DNA of 64,000 nt from the human T2T-CHM13v2.0 reference genome, Homo sapiens. The notes under the pieces are model-generated. The model was not told the origin of the DNA, did not search any database, and was given only the letters and a program-made list of their open reading frames with translations. Position numbers and translations under genes: made by a program. Position 1 is the stretch's first letter. Every line of letters starts with the position of its first letter. The stretch lies in the NCBI RefSeq assembly GCF_009914755.1, contig NC_060948.1, one strand, 5' to 3'. This document shows, piece after piece, positions 1-14,367 of the stretch.

Positions 1-94
1 ATCATAACAAAAAGCATGGTAGTCACATAAAAATAGACATATAGATCAAAGAAGCAAAATACTGAACCCCAATGTAATGCCACAGATTTACTGC

Positions 95-1061
95 TGTAGG
101 GGTGTGTTGCCCCTCCACACCTGTGGGTGTTTCTCGTAAGGTGGGACGAGAGACTTAGGAAAGAAAAAGACACAGAGACAAAGTACAGAGAAAGAAATAA
201 GGGGACCCAGGGAACCAGCGTTCAGCATATGGAGGATCCCCCCAGCCTTTGAGTTCCCTTAGTATTTATTCATCATTCGTGGGTGTTTCTTGAAGAGGGG
301 GATGTGTCAGGGTCACAAGACCATTGTGGGGAGAGGGTCAGCAGACAAACACGGGAACAAAGGTCTTTGCATCATAGACAATGTAAAGGATTAAGTGCTG
401 TGCTTTTAGATATGCATACACATAAACATCTCAATGCTTTACAAAGCAGATTGCTGCCCGCATGTCCCACCTCCAGCCCTAAGGCGATTTTTCCCTATCT
501 CAGTAGATGGAACATACAATCGGGTTTTATACCGAGACATTCCATTGCCCAGGGACGGGCAGGAGACAGATGCCTTCCTCTTGTCTCAACTGCAAGAGGC
601 ATGCCTTCCGCTTATACTAATCCTCCTCAGCACAGACCCTTTACGGGTGTCGGGCTGGGGGACGGTCAAGTCTTTCCCTTCCCACGAGGCCATATTTCAG
701 ACTATCACATGGGGAGAAACCTTGGACAATACCTGGCTTTCCTAGGCAGAGGTCCCTGCGGCCTTCCGCAGTTTTTGTGTCCCTGGGTACTTGAGATTAG
801 GGAGTGGTGATGACTCTTAAGGAGCGTGCTGCCTTCAAGCATCTGTTTAACAAAGCACATCTTGCACCGCCCTTAATCCATTTAACTCTGAGTTGACACA
901 GCACATGTTTCAGAGAGCACGGGGTTGGGGGTAACGTTATAGATTAACAGAATCTCAAGGCAGAAGAATTTTTCTTAGTACAGAACAAAATGGAGTCTCC
1001 TATGTCTACTTCTTTCTACACAGACACAGTAACAATCTGATCTCTCTTGCTTTTCTCCACA
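95..1061 (-). mobile_element. HERV-K(HML-2) solo LTR, LTR5_Hs-type
   Basis: 967 bp with TG...CA termini; the minus strand begins TGTGGAGAAAAGCAAGAGAGATCAGATTGTTACTGTGTCTGTGTAGAAAGAAGTAGACATAGG, as in LTR5_Hs; 5-bp TSD actgc at 90-94 and 1062-1066. Confidence 0.95.
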
Positions 1062-1109
1062 ACTGCCTGCTGATATTTGACAAAAGTGGATAATAACACA
1101 CATGAGCAG

Positions 1110-1620
1110 TGTAAGGTCAGCTGAGAGAAAGGAAAACTAGACCCAAAGTCAGGCTAGAGAGTTTTTATTGACCTGCCAGTTGCCCCTCTTAACAGTCAAG
1201 GAAAGCAGCCCCAAACTTACAGAATGAGGGGTTTATACTGGGGAGCGGAGTTTGAGGAAGTTCTTTGATATGGCCGCATCCCAGGGTTGTTTGCTGGTTA
1301 ATTTTGCCACATATCACCTTGTGATATTTATTACAGGAGGGTATAGGTAAAGTTTGTTTATGCTTCCCATGACCTCCCCCTTTGTGGTCTGGATGTTTTG
1401 TAATTAGGGTTTGATTATCGCAGCAAGGTCTAATAAGTGAAGTCTGCTGGCTTCATTATGGTGCCCAGATAAGGGCTTAGAAATGTAAAGAGGCTTGGGG
1501 GAAGGGTGGGCAGCACAGAGAAGTGTTGCAGAGCATTAGTGGAGGGGTGGGCAGCACAGAAAGTTTTGTGAGGAGTGTTGGCAGTACCAAGAAGCTTTCT
1601 GGGGCAATTTGTCCTCAACA
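1110..1620 (-). mobile_element. Solo ERV LTR, family not determined
   Basis: TGT...ACA termini, AATAAA on the minus strand near 1165, internal ~42-bp tandem duplication at ~1500-1590, degenerate TSD agcag/ggtag; host L1 resumes after 1620. Confidence 0.7.
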
Positions 1621-2815
1621 GGTAGAGGGCACCCTTTTCAATAAATGATGCTCAGAAAAGTGAATAGCCACATGCAGAAGAATGAAACTGGATCCATATC
1701 TCACACCATATGCAAAAATCGTACAAGACTAAAATAAAAGACCAAAGATAATAAAATAGTAGAAGAAAACTTATAAAAAACTCTTCTGGACATCAGTTGA
1801 GGTAAATAACACAGGATTAAATCTTCAAAAGTAGAAATAACAGAAACAAAATAGACAAATAAGATTTAATTAAAAGCTAAAAAGCTGCACAGCAAAATAA
1901 TCAATAGAATGAAGAGACAGCCTATTGAATGGGACAAAATATTTGCAAACTATTCCTCTGACAGGGGACTAATATCTAGCACAAAAGAAACTGAAACATT
2001 TCAACAAGAACAAGCAGCAACAGAAAACAAATAATGACTTTAAAAAGTTGGCAAAGAACATGAATTGACTTTTCAAAAAAATCATAAAATGCTCAATGGG
2101 TATATAAAAATGTGCAACATAACTAATTATCAGGTAAATGAAAATCAAAACTAAAATGAGATATCATCTCATTTTAGTCATAAATATTAATATTAATAGA
2201 ATGTGATTACTAAAAAGACAAAAAATAATAGATGCTGATGAAGATGTGCAGAAGAGGGAACTTTAATACACAGGAGGAAATATAAATTAGGATAGTCTCT
2301 ATTGAAAGTGGAATGAAGGTTTTGTAAAGAACTAAAATTAGAACTGCCATTCAATGCAGCAGTTCCAAGACTGGATATCTCCATAAAGGAATGAAATTGA
2401 TATATCAAAAAAGATACCTGCACTTGTAAATTTATTACAGCACTCATTATAGTAGCAAAACTATGGGATGAATCTGAGTGTTTATCAATGAATTAACGGA
2501 TTTTTAAAAATTGGCATAGATACACAATAGAATAGTATTCAGCCATAGACAAGAACAAAATCACGTCTTTTTCAGCAACAAGGATAAAACTGGAGGTCAT
2601 TGTTGTAGGTTAAGTGAAATAGGTCAGTCACAGAAAGACAAATATCTCATGTTCTCATTCACAAGTTATTCTTAGAGAAAGTTGTTCACATAGACATAAA
2701 GAGTAAAATGATACATTATGTAGACTCAGAAGTGTGAAGATATGAGATGAAAAGGATGATGATAAATTGGTTAATGTGTAAAATGTACATTATTTAGGCA
2801 ATGGATACCCTAAAG

Positions 2816-3548
<733 letters not shown>

Positions 3549-5288
3549 TTAAAAGCCTCAACTTTAACATTCTGCAATCTATGCATGTAACAAAATTCCA
3601 CATGTAGCCCATAAATAGTAAACAAAAATAAAACAAAATTCTACACCATTCCATTTAATTTTACTATTTGCTGGATTTCTTGAATTCTTTCCTTGTAAAC
3701 AATAGACTTTTGCATTGTGAATTCATTTTCAGTGAAAATTTAACTCTAGGAAACCTGTGTGTATCTCACTGCAATATATCTTTAATTTTTTATAGTTATT
3801 CCACTCATCACATAGTTAAGAGTAAGTTTTGAATTTTTTAATTAGAAATTCAAATATTATGTAGGAAGAGTAAATAGAAAACCAAACCTTGTGATAACAA
3901 ACTTAGGCAGCAACTTTTCATGGAAGAGAGATTTTTCCCATCCAAAATTGAAGTTGTAATAAAATTTCTTATCAGCTCCTTGTCTAAAGTCTTTCTTCTC
4001 TTCATTGTTATCTACTGAATATGTTTGCTAAGGACAGAACTTTTAAGGACCTAAATTATCCAGGAATTTTTGTTGCAGTTCTTCACCTTTTTTTTTCAAT
4101 ATCCTGATGTTGTCTATTATTAAAATATGAGCCTGCTTAGTCTTTCAGGTAACAACTCTCACTCTTTCTCTCTTTATGTAGCAGAGCCTAGTATGCAGTT
4201 AAATTATGATGTTCAATATCCTTCTTTTTTATTCACCAGAATTGCCCTCATATTATTGTGAGCCAAATCAACTGGGGAAAGGGACATTATAAAAGTTATA
4301 TGCAGTATTTCTATTCTTTTTTTATAAATTAGTAGAAAAAAAAAGAAAATGAAAGCTGTAAAAAGCACTGATGGCCTTTAGTATCTTTTCTTAATAAAAA
4401 ATATTTGCAAATGTCAGCAAATAAAATGTCTAATTTTATATTATTCAAGCTATTAAAGGCAGCTTTTAAAAATTGATATATAATATTTTTATATATTTAT
4501 GTGGTACATATCATATTTTGTCATATGCATAGAAGGTGTAAGAATCCAGTCTCTATATCTGGGGTGTCTATCACCTCAAGGACTTGCATGTCAGAAATAC
4601 CCCAAGTCCTCTCATCTAGTTATTTTGAAATATGCAGTTCTTTGTTTTTAACAAAGTTACATTACTCTGCCATTAAACATTAGAGCTTATTTCTCCTATC
4701 TTACTGTATATTTGTATCCATTAGCCAACGACCTTTTTATCCCTCCACATTTTACCCATCCTATATACAATGGAAATGTGTATATATACACACAATGATA
4801 TATACATATATATAATTCAAGATCATATTTTCTTTTTTCATTCATACACCAGTAAACACTTAGGATGATTCCATATTTTGCTGTTTGAATAGTGCTGCAA
4901 TAAACATGAGAGTGCATGTATCCCTTCAATATACTGAATTAGTTTACTTGGGGCATATACCCAAAGTAGGATTGTTCAATCATATGACAGTTCTATCTTT
5001 TGTTTTTTGTGATTTTTTTTTGAGAAATCACTATACTGTTTCCAATGTGGTTTGTAGTAATTTACATTTTCACCAGCAGTGTTTGAGTCCCCTTTTCTCA
5101 ATATCCTTGCCAGTAATTGTTATTTTTCAACTTTTTAATAATAATCATTTTAACTGGGGTAAGATGATATCATATTTTTGTTTTGATTTTTATTTCTCTG
5201 ATGATTAGTGATGTTGACAATTTGAAAAGTATACCTTTTGGCCATTTGCATGTCTTGAGACAATTCTGTTGACATACTATGCCCACTA

Positions 5289-5875
<587 letters not shown>

Positions 5876-5902
5876 ATGTGTTCATTATTTAATGTAAAAA
5901 AA

Positions 5903-6197
5903 TTTTTTTTTGAGACAGAGTCTTACTTTGTTGCCCAGGCTGGAGTGCAGTGGTGAGATCTTGGCTCACTGCAACCTCTGCCCTCCGGGTTCAAGCAATT
6001 CTTCCTGCCTCAGCCTCCTGGGTAGCTGGAATTACAGGTGACTGCTACTATGCCCAGCTAATTTTTTGTATTTTTTTTTAGTAGAGACACAGTTTCACCA
6101 TGTTGACCAGGCTGGTCTCTAACTCCTGACGTTGTGATTTTCGTGCTTTGGACTCCCAAAGTGCTGGAATTACAAGCATGAGCCACCATGCCTGGCC
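5903..6197 (-). mobile_element. AluS
   Basis: Full dimeric Alu in reverse orientation. Confidence 0.93.
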
Positions 6198-7322
6198 AAT
6201 ATAAATCTTTTTAACTGCTGAATTGTTTGAGTTTCATATATATTCTGAATACTAGTCCCTTGTTGATGAACAGCTTACAAATATTTTCTTTCATTCAATA
6301 GATTGTTTCTTCACTCTGTTGTTTCCTTTCCTGTACAGAAGTTTTTTAGTTTAATACTATCCAATTTGTCTATTTTTGGTTTTGTTTCCCATGCTTTTTG
6401 ATGTTTTAGCCATAAAATATTTGCCGAGGTCAATGTCCTGAAGTATTTTTCCTATGTTTTCTTTTAGTAGTTTTATAGTATGAGTCTTACATTTAAGTCT
6501 GTTATCTACCTTTAGTTGATTTTTGTACATGGTAAAGATAGCCATGCAGTTTTATTCTTCTTTATGTGGATATCCAGTTTTTCCAGCACCATTTATTGAA
6601 GAGGTGTTCTTTCTCCAATGCATGTTCTTGGATTCTTTGTTAAAAAACACTCTTGGCAGTAAATACACAGATCTACATTTGGGTTCTGAATTCTCTTTCA
6701 TTGGTCTGTCTGTTTTTACACAATACAATTCCATTTAGGTCAATGTATCCTTGTAATACATTTTGAAGTCAGGTACTGTGATGCCGTTAGTTTTGTTTGT
6801 TTTGCTCAGAGTTGCTTTGGCTCTTTGGTCTCTATCAGTTTCATACAAATTTTAGTATTTTTTTTTCTATTTCTATTGAAAATAACATTGATATTTTGAT
6901 ACAGACTGCATTGAATCTGTAGATGGCTTCTAGTAGTATGGTCATTTTAATGATGTCAATTCTTTTGATCAATGACATGCAATGTTTTTCCCTTTGTGTC
7001 CTCTTCAATTTCTTTCATCAGTGTTTTATAAGTTTCTTTCTAGAGGTCATTCACTTCTAGACTTCTAGAGGCCCTGTCTTTAAGGTGGTCACCGAAGTTG
7101 GGGTTTGTTTCTTTTAGTAGCTACTGTAAATAGGATTTTCTTCTTAATGTTTTTCTCAGCTGGATCATTATTAGGATACAGAAATGCTACTGATTTCTCT
7201 CTGTTGACTTTGTATCCTGCAACTTTATTGAATTTATATATAAGATCTAAGAGTTTTTTGGTTAGGTATTTAGGTTTTAATAGTTACAAAAAAATCATCT
7301 GCATTGAAGGACAATATATTTC

Positions 7323-7812
7323 TATTGGAACAGGAATTAAAAGAAATTAAAGAATGCGTAAGCAAAAACTCAGTTGTATATAAGAAAACCCAATTTCCCC
7401 TGAGGAAGAGAAAGAGCTGGAGTCCTTTCAAATTAACTGCCTGTTTTTCTCTCTGTGGCTAGTGAGCCTTCTCTCTCCCTTTCCAGGCATTGTGAAGACC
7501 CTGCTTCTCTAGCTGAGCAGCTGCAAGGTCACTAGACAGATAATCTCAAGTCACAAAACATGTTTTTCCTTGAAAAGTAAGAAATGATGAATGCATGTCT
7601 TCACTGAGTAACTGTCTTTGTTTCTCGCTTTTGTAATATGATTCTTGCTGCACAGATCTCCTCCTGCCCCACAAAATGTTTAAAGGTAGCTTGACTCTTT
7701 GTTCAGGGCTCAGTCCTTTGGATGTTAATCTGACTGGGTCAGTGCACCTAAATAATTTAATAATTCCTCCTCAACCACTTGGTCTCTCTGATTCCTTAAT
7801 CATCCAGCAGCA
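7323..7812 (+). repeat. 5' LTR (LTR15-like)
   Basis: Direct repeat of 16535-17018; ends ...cagcagCA just before the PBS. The exact start (7323 or 7326) is uncertain. Confidence 0.93.
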
Positions 7813-7816
7813 TTTC

Positions 7817-7834
7817 TAGTGGCTCAGATGGGGA
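7817..7834 (+). promoter_or_regulatory. Primer binding site, tRNA-Ile
   Basis: tagtggctcagatgggga matches TGGTGGCCCGTACGGGGA (complement of the tRNA-Ile 3' end) at 13/18 positions; mismatches are mostly transitions, two at CpGs. Confidence 0.75.
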
Positions 7835-8748
7835 TTGGAGATGACAGATTTACTGTCTCCTTTGCCTGCAGGACTAGAGCCCTGGGGCCAGGGTAGACCC
7901 AGCATCCACGGTGCACCACAGGGGAGCTTCATCTGGATGGAGACCAGCTCTCCCTGCATCCTGGTGCTCTGCCTGGCAGTGCAGTGGAACCAGGGATGGA
8001 GCTGCAGGATGATACCAGAACTTCAGGAACTGCGGTAAGGAGAAAGGGCCCAAGGCAGGAAAGCCCATCCCATAGGGACGAAGGGGAGCTTGATAACCTC
8101 CCAGGGACCGACCACTAATCCAACCCAGAGTGGCTGGGGGTGGCAGGAGTGGTCTGCCAATTTGGATGAACCTCATGTCCCCCTAACAAGTAAAAGTGGT
8201 TCACTGGTGGAGAAAATGGGCTGATAGAGCGGCAAGTCCAGTAAGGAAGAGCTTGCTGGCAGAGTGGCAAGAATGGCTTCATCCCAACTGAGAGTGTGTG
8301 GGTGTTTGTGGGTGTGTGTGGACCTACCCAGGACATGAGAGAGGATTGTTTTATCTGATGAGGAGTCCTGGGGTAGGACTGGTGTGTATGTGTGTGAATG
8401 TGGGAGCCTAACTAGACTACCCAGAACATGGGAGAGGCCTGTTTCATCTAATGAGAAGTCCTGGGGCAGAGAAAGTGTATGAAAGTGTGTGAAAGAGACA
8501 GTCTCAGGAGAGGCCAATGCAGGGAGTGATGTGTGGAGGCACAGATCGTTTAGCATGGGTTGTGTGCTCCGAGGTGAGTGTGGGGGAAATCAGACCTAGG
8601 ACATTGCTTATGGCTGATAGGACCAGGTCCATGGCTGCAGCAGGCTGTGAGAGGGAAAGGCATGTTCCTGGCTAAGCAATGTCTGAAACTCCCATAATAA
8701 GACCCAGTCTGGTAGACCTGAGAGTGAAAGTGCATCACAAGGGAAGAA

Positions 8749-10476
8749 ATGGGAGGAAAAGCATTGAAACCAACTCCTTTGGAGTGCATGATAAAGAATT
8801 TTAAAACAGGATTTAGAGGTCATTATGGGATGAAACTGTCCTTAACAGTATATCAAAAGTTAAGGACATACTGTGAGATAGATTGGCCTGCTTTTAATGT
8901 GGGGTGGTCCCCTGAAGGTACAATAGACTGGAAATTAATTGGCCATGCGTTTAAGGTGGTCGCTGGAGTTGGAGGACAACCAGAATAATCAGACCAGTTT
9001 CCCTATAAAGACTCTTGGCTCATTGTGTCACAACCTCACCCCAAGTGGCTACAGCCCTGCCTAGAGGGATACTGCAAGGTATTAGTGGCTTGGGCAGACC
9101 AACCAAAGGAAGCAGAGGAACCTAAAGCCCCTAGAGTCTCTCACAAAAAGGAATCCTCAAAGCCTCACCTGAAACCATTCTTCAGGCTCCATCTGAGGAA
9201 AGGGAATGTCCACCCCCTATATGTGCCCGTCTACCTGTCTTTGGCCAGAATAAGGCAGGAGGCAGAGTCAGGAGCATCCACAGAGTCAGGCTGAGAGGAA
9301 AGTGAGGCCCAGTCTCCCCTCACCCCAGAGGAACAAAAGCCTCCCTTAGAAAAAAACCAGGAAGATGGACAGAGCAAGGCAGCTGGGTGCCTCCGCTCAG
9401 GCTGACCACAGGCTTTGCAGATGCCACTTCGAGAGAACAGGACACAAGTTTATGATGACCAAGGGCAGATACAAGGAGGCTCTAGGCTTTATGTTTATCA
9501 GCCTTTCTCCACTACTGATCTCTTAAATTGGAAACAGCATGCCCCCTTGTATGCAGAAAAGCCTCAGGCTGTCATTGATTTGGTGAATTCTATTATTATA
9601 ACACAAAACCCAACCTGGCCAGATTGTCAACTACTTTTGCTAACTTTAATACAGAGGAGCATAGGAGAGTTAATCAGGCAGCTCTCAGCTGGTTAGAAGG
9701 GGAAGCCCCAGAGGCCACCCGTAACCCATGCCAGTTCTCCGTGGAGCGATACCCAAATGAGGACCCTAACTGGGACCCAAATGAGGCTGGGGACATGGAA
9801 CAGCTGCATTATATAGAAGGGCACTCCTGAACAGGATAAAAGCAGGAGGAAGGAAGGCATTGAATATCCATAACATATCAGAAGTGGGCCAAAAGCCTGA
9901 TGAAAGCCGCAGTGCATTCTATGAAAGGCTTTGTGAGGCATAGAGGCTGTACACTCCAATTATTCCAGAGGCTCCTGAAAACCAAAATATGATAAATATG
10001 ACCTTTGTCAGGCAAGCTCAGGGAGACATAATATGAAAGCTTCAGAAGTTGGAAGGCTTTTCAGGGAAAAATATTAGTAAACTCCTGGAAATAGCAAACA
10101 AAGTATTAAAAAACTGGGAAGAAGAGGCAGAGAAAAAGGAAGAAAGAAAAACGAGAAATAGAAACAAAGAGACAGCTCAATTTCTGCTGCACTAGCAGAA
10201 AGTAACCCTGGACTTGTTAGAGGGTGAGGCCGAGGCAGAGGCCAAGGAACAGGGCAGACAAGACCCAGAGATGAAAGCCAGTCCCAGTTGGACAGGAATC
10301 AATGTGAAAGGTGCAGGCAAATGGGCCACTGGAAAGATGAGTGCCCTGAAAAGGAAAAGGATGATGATGGTCAGTGGTCTAACACCCAAGTGCGGTGTTA
10401 GGTTGCTAGCAGTGGTACTTCCAAGGCAGATCCCGATCTGATCGGCTTGGCAGGGGCTGAGAATTTAGAGGACTCA
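8749..10476 (+). pseudogene. gag: Proviral gag, disrupted
   Basis: N-terminal MGGK matrix start; capsid MPLRE...YQPFSTTDLLNWK; intact CCHC zinc knuckle CERCRQMGHWKDEC at 10303-10344; multiple stops and frameshifts. Confidence 0.9.
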
Positions 10477-13400
10477 GACAGACCAGGCTCCATCCTTTTA
10501 GGCCTTGTGGAGCCTATGGTCTCTATGGAAGTAGGGGGCCGATTAATGAATGGATTTTTTGGTCAATACTGGTGCTGATTTCTCTGTGGTAACTCACCCA
10601 ATTAGCCCCTCCTCAAAGAACTGTGCTACTATCATAGGGGCTAGAGAGGCCAAAGAAAAGAGACCTTTTTGCAATTCCAGGAGACACGTTATTGAGGGAT
10701 AAGAAGTGCAGCATGGTTTCTATATAAGCCAAATTGCCCAGTGCCTTTGTAAGGGAGAGACTTACTCCAGAAACTGCAGGCACAAATTTCCTTTACACCT
10801 GAAGGGAATACGACACCGGAATTTGGAAAGTCTAAGGCAATGGTATTGATTCTAACTGTCCCAGAGGCTGAGGAATGGCAGCTCTCTGAACTGTGTGCCA
10901 GAAGGACCTACACAGTATGTAGGGAATGCTTTTCAAGGTTCCAGGTGTATGGGCTGAGGACAATCCTCCTGGACTTGCTGTAAACAGACACCCAGTGGTA
11001 ATAGAGCTTAACACTCATGCTGCCCTGGTATGAGTCTGTCAATACCCCCTACCCAAAGAGGTAATTGAAGGCATAACACAACATCTAAATCGGCTCTATG
11101 AACAAGGGATTATAGTAAAATGCAAGTCCTCTTGGAATACTCCTCTGCAGCCTGTGCACAAGCCAAATGGTGAATACAGGCCAGTGCAGGACTTCTGGGT
11201 GGCAAACAAGGCCACTGTCACTATCTATGCCATAGTACCCAACCCATACACCATGTTAGGACAGATTCCTGCTGAGGCCATGTGGTTCATGTGTCTAGAC
11301 TTAAAGGATGTTTTCTTTGCTTGAGACTTGCTCCCCAAAGTCAGCCTATATTTGCCTTCCAGTGGGGGCAATTGTAATATACCTGGACAAGACTGCCACA
11401 AGGATTTAAGAATTCTCCCATTATCTTTGAGGACGCTTTGGCTACCAACCTTGAAGCTTTTGCACCATTTAGTGACAATTCTGTGGTATTACAATACATT
11501 CATGATTTGCTATTCGCTGCCCCCAGGAGGGAGGAATATCTCCAAGGAATAGAGAGGCTTCTTCACCTGCTGTGTGAAGCTGGTTACAAAGTGTCCAAGG
11601 ACAAGGCAAAAGTCTGTTTTCTGGAGGTTGGATATCTAGGATTCATGGTATCCCAAAGCCTGCACAGGCTTGGAAGTGCATGCAAGGAGGCTTTATGTGC
11701 ATTGCCCACCTCAGTTACAAGGCAGCAGGTCAGGGAATTTCTGGGTGCAGTGAGATTGTGCCAAATCTGGATTCCAAACTTCTCCCTTATAGCAAGGCCC
11801 TTATTTGAGGCTAGCAAAGGAAAGGAAAGAGAGCCCCTCCTATGGGAAAAAGAATAGGAAAAGGCCTTCAAGGATATAAAGGAAGCTCTCATCCAGGCCC
11901 CAGCACTAGGGTTGCCAGATGTTAAAAAACCCTTCTTTTTGTATGTGGATGAATGAAAGGGAATGTTATTTGGAGTCTTAACTCAGTTGTTAGGCTCTTG
12001 GTATCAGCCAGTAGCATACTTTTATCCAAGAGACTGGACTTGGTGGCCTTAGGTTGGCCCATTGCCTCAGGGCACTGGCAGCTACTGCGATCCTTATAGA
12101 AGATGCCAACAAGCTAGCCCTAGGTCAGAAGATAATATTCCGGGTGCCACACACTGTAGTCACCTTAATGGGGCAAAGAGGACGTCGTTGGCTGTCCCAC
12201 TCTAGAATGCTAAAGTATCAAGTGCTTCTGTGTGAGAATCTGCGGGTAACACTACAGACTAAATGCCTTGAACCCAACTACCCTGCTGCCTGTGGAGGAA
12301 CCCAATTGGAAACATGGTGGGTTGCCTCAATGCTGGCAGGACCTTCCCCACTGTTGCATAAATATGGTGGATGAAGTGTTCTTGAGCTGGGAAGATCTCA
12401 GAGATACCCGCTTGGAGAGCCCAGATGTTGAATACTTCACTGATGGTAGCAGTTTCATAACAGATGGGGTGTGATATGCAGGGTATAAAGTAGTAACACA
12501 ACACTCGGTAGTTGAGGCTCAAGCCTTAACTTCTGGGACTTCCGCTCAGAGGGCTGAATTAATAGCATTAACTAGAGCACTGTTATTGGCCAAGAGGAAG
12601 AAAGTAAGTATATATACTGACTCAAGATATGTTTTTGCAACCCTACACGACCATGGGGCAATATAAAAAGAGAGAGGACTATTGACTACTGAAGGAAATG
12701 ATATAAAAAATAAAGAAGAAATTTTGCAATTAATAGAAGACATATGGGCTCCAGAGAAGGTGGCTGTCATTCATTGCAAAGGGCACTAAATCAGGAAAGG
12801 CTATGAGGCACAGGGCAACAGATAGGCAGACCAAGAGGCTCAGCAGGCAGCAATGAGCAAGGTTTTACCTGAAGAAAGAACTCCAGCAATGCCTCTCCTT
12901 ATAGAGCCCCCTTTACTTGAGGTACCCAATTACTCTTTAAGTGAAAAAGCTTGGTTTCATCACGAAACAGGAAACATATATTAAAGATAGTTGGTGGCTG
13001 TTCTCTGACGGGAGGCTAGCCATCCCTGAAACAATAGCCCCAAGGTTTGTGAAGCAGATCCATCAAGGAACACACATTGGAAGGACGGCCCTAGAGATTT
13101 TGATAGGTCAGCATTTCTATGTACCATGGCTGTCTGCAATCACCCATGCTGTTTGTGAACAATGTCTATCCTGTGCCTAGAATAATCCAAGACAAGAACC
13201 TACTTGATCCCCTGGAATACAGGAAGTGGGAGCTGTGCCTTGTGAGAACCTGCTTATAGACTTTACCAAGTTACCTCAAGCAGGAGGTTACTGGTATATG
13301 CTAGTGTTTGTTTGCACCTTCTTGGGATGTGTTGAGGCCTTCCCAACCAGGAATGAAAAGGCACGAGAGGTGACAAAGGTAATATTAAAAGACATCATAC

Positions 13401-14157
13401 CAAGATTTAGGTTGACTTTAATCCTAGGATCAGACAATGTCCTGCATTTGTGGCAGAGTTAGTACAACAGTTGACTTAACTTTTAAAGATCAAATGGAAA
13501 CAGCATACAGCCTCCTCACCACAGAGATTAGGGAAGGTGAAACAGATGAAACAGACACTCAAACAGCTACTAAAAAAGTTTTGCCAGGAAACTCACTTAC
13601 AATGGGATCAGGTCTTGCCCATGGTCCTCCTCCAGGTCAGGTGTACACCTACAAAACAAACTAGGTATTTGTCCTATGACATATTGCTCAGAAGGCCATC
13701 CCCAATCATTATCAAATTAGAGGTGATTTAAAGGAGGTAGGAGAGTTAACACTTAAGAGACAGATGCAGGCTTTAGGAGTGGCAATGAAGGAGGTGCAAA
13801 GCTAGGTAAGAGAAAGGATACCTATAAGTCTAACAGACCTAGTGCATCCACATAAGCCAGGGGACTCTGTCTGGGTTAAAAGGTGGAATCCAACAACCTG
13901 GGGACCCTTAAGGGATGGGCCCCATATTGTAATCATGTCTACTCCCACTGCTCTTAAAGTTGCAGGTGTCACACCTTGGATTCACCATAGCTGGCTGAAA
14001 CCAGCAGCAGCAGTGACTCCGATGAAACCAGTGGATTAGCCAACAAGACTCAGATCGCCCCACCTGAATAGTCCTACGGCAAAACCCAACCATTGGTAAG
14101 AAGGACAACTGTCCTGCTCCAACCACACCAGAGGCTGGTCAGTCTACGCATGGCTGA
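10477..14157 (+). pseudogene. pol: Proviral pro-pol (protease, RT, RNase H, integrase), disrupted
   Basis: Protease FLVNTGADFSV (DTG changed to NTG at 10565); RT RLPQGFKNSP and YIHD in place of YxDD (11495-11506); RNase [25 protein letters not shown]; integrase HQGTH...CEQC, IDFT, GSDN and WIHHS. Confidence 0.92.
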
Positions 14158-14367
14158 AGCTTGAAGATCCTGCAAGCTCTGCTCTAGTCACGTCCAGGGA
14201 GCTAACTAGTGAATGCACAGCCGAAGCTAAAGGTCATCTCTGTATAAGTAAATTTGGATACAATTCATAACCCTAGTTATAATTCTGTTAATACTGATTG
14301 TTCTGTTGTTACATTACCACTGCAAATGCTGCCAATGTCTATGCCCAGAGGGAGGTTTGCCATGTCC

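Larger units (their letters stand above)
1..2815 (+). mobile_element. Old L1 (L1MA/L1PB-like) 3' ORF2 and 3'UTR, interrupted by two LTRs
   Basis: Degenerate L1 ORF2 3'-end sequence (ctgatatttgacaaa, aatgaaactggatcc, atcacgtctttttcagcaac) that resumes on both sides of the LTR insertions; subfamily is approximate. Confidence 0.8.

Noticed and set aside
283-810. 175-aa and 103-aa ORFs
   Set aside because: Antisense frames within the LTR5_Hs; no recognisable protein.
7813-7816. tttc after both LTRs treated as part of the LTR
   Set aside because: LTRs end in CA; the 5' copy is better read as the LTR-PBS spacer and the 3' copy as the TSD matching 7319-7322, although some ambiguity remains.
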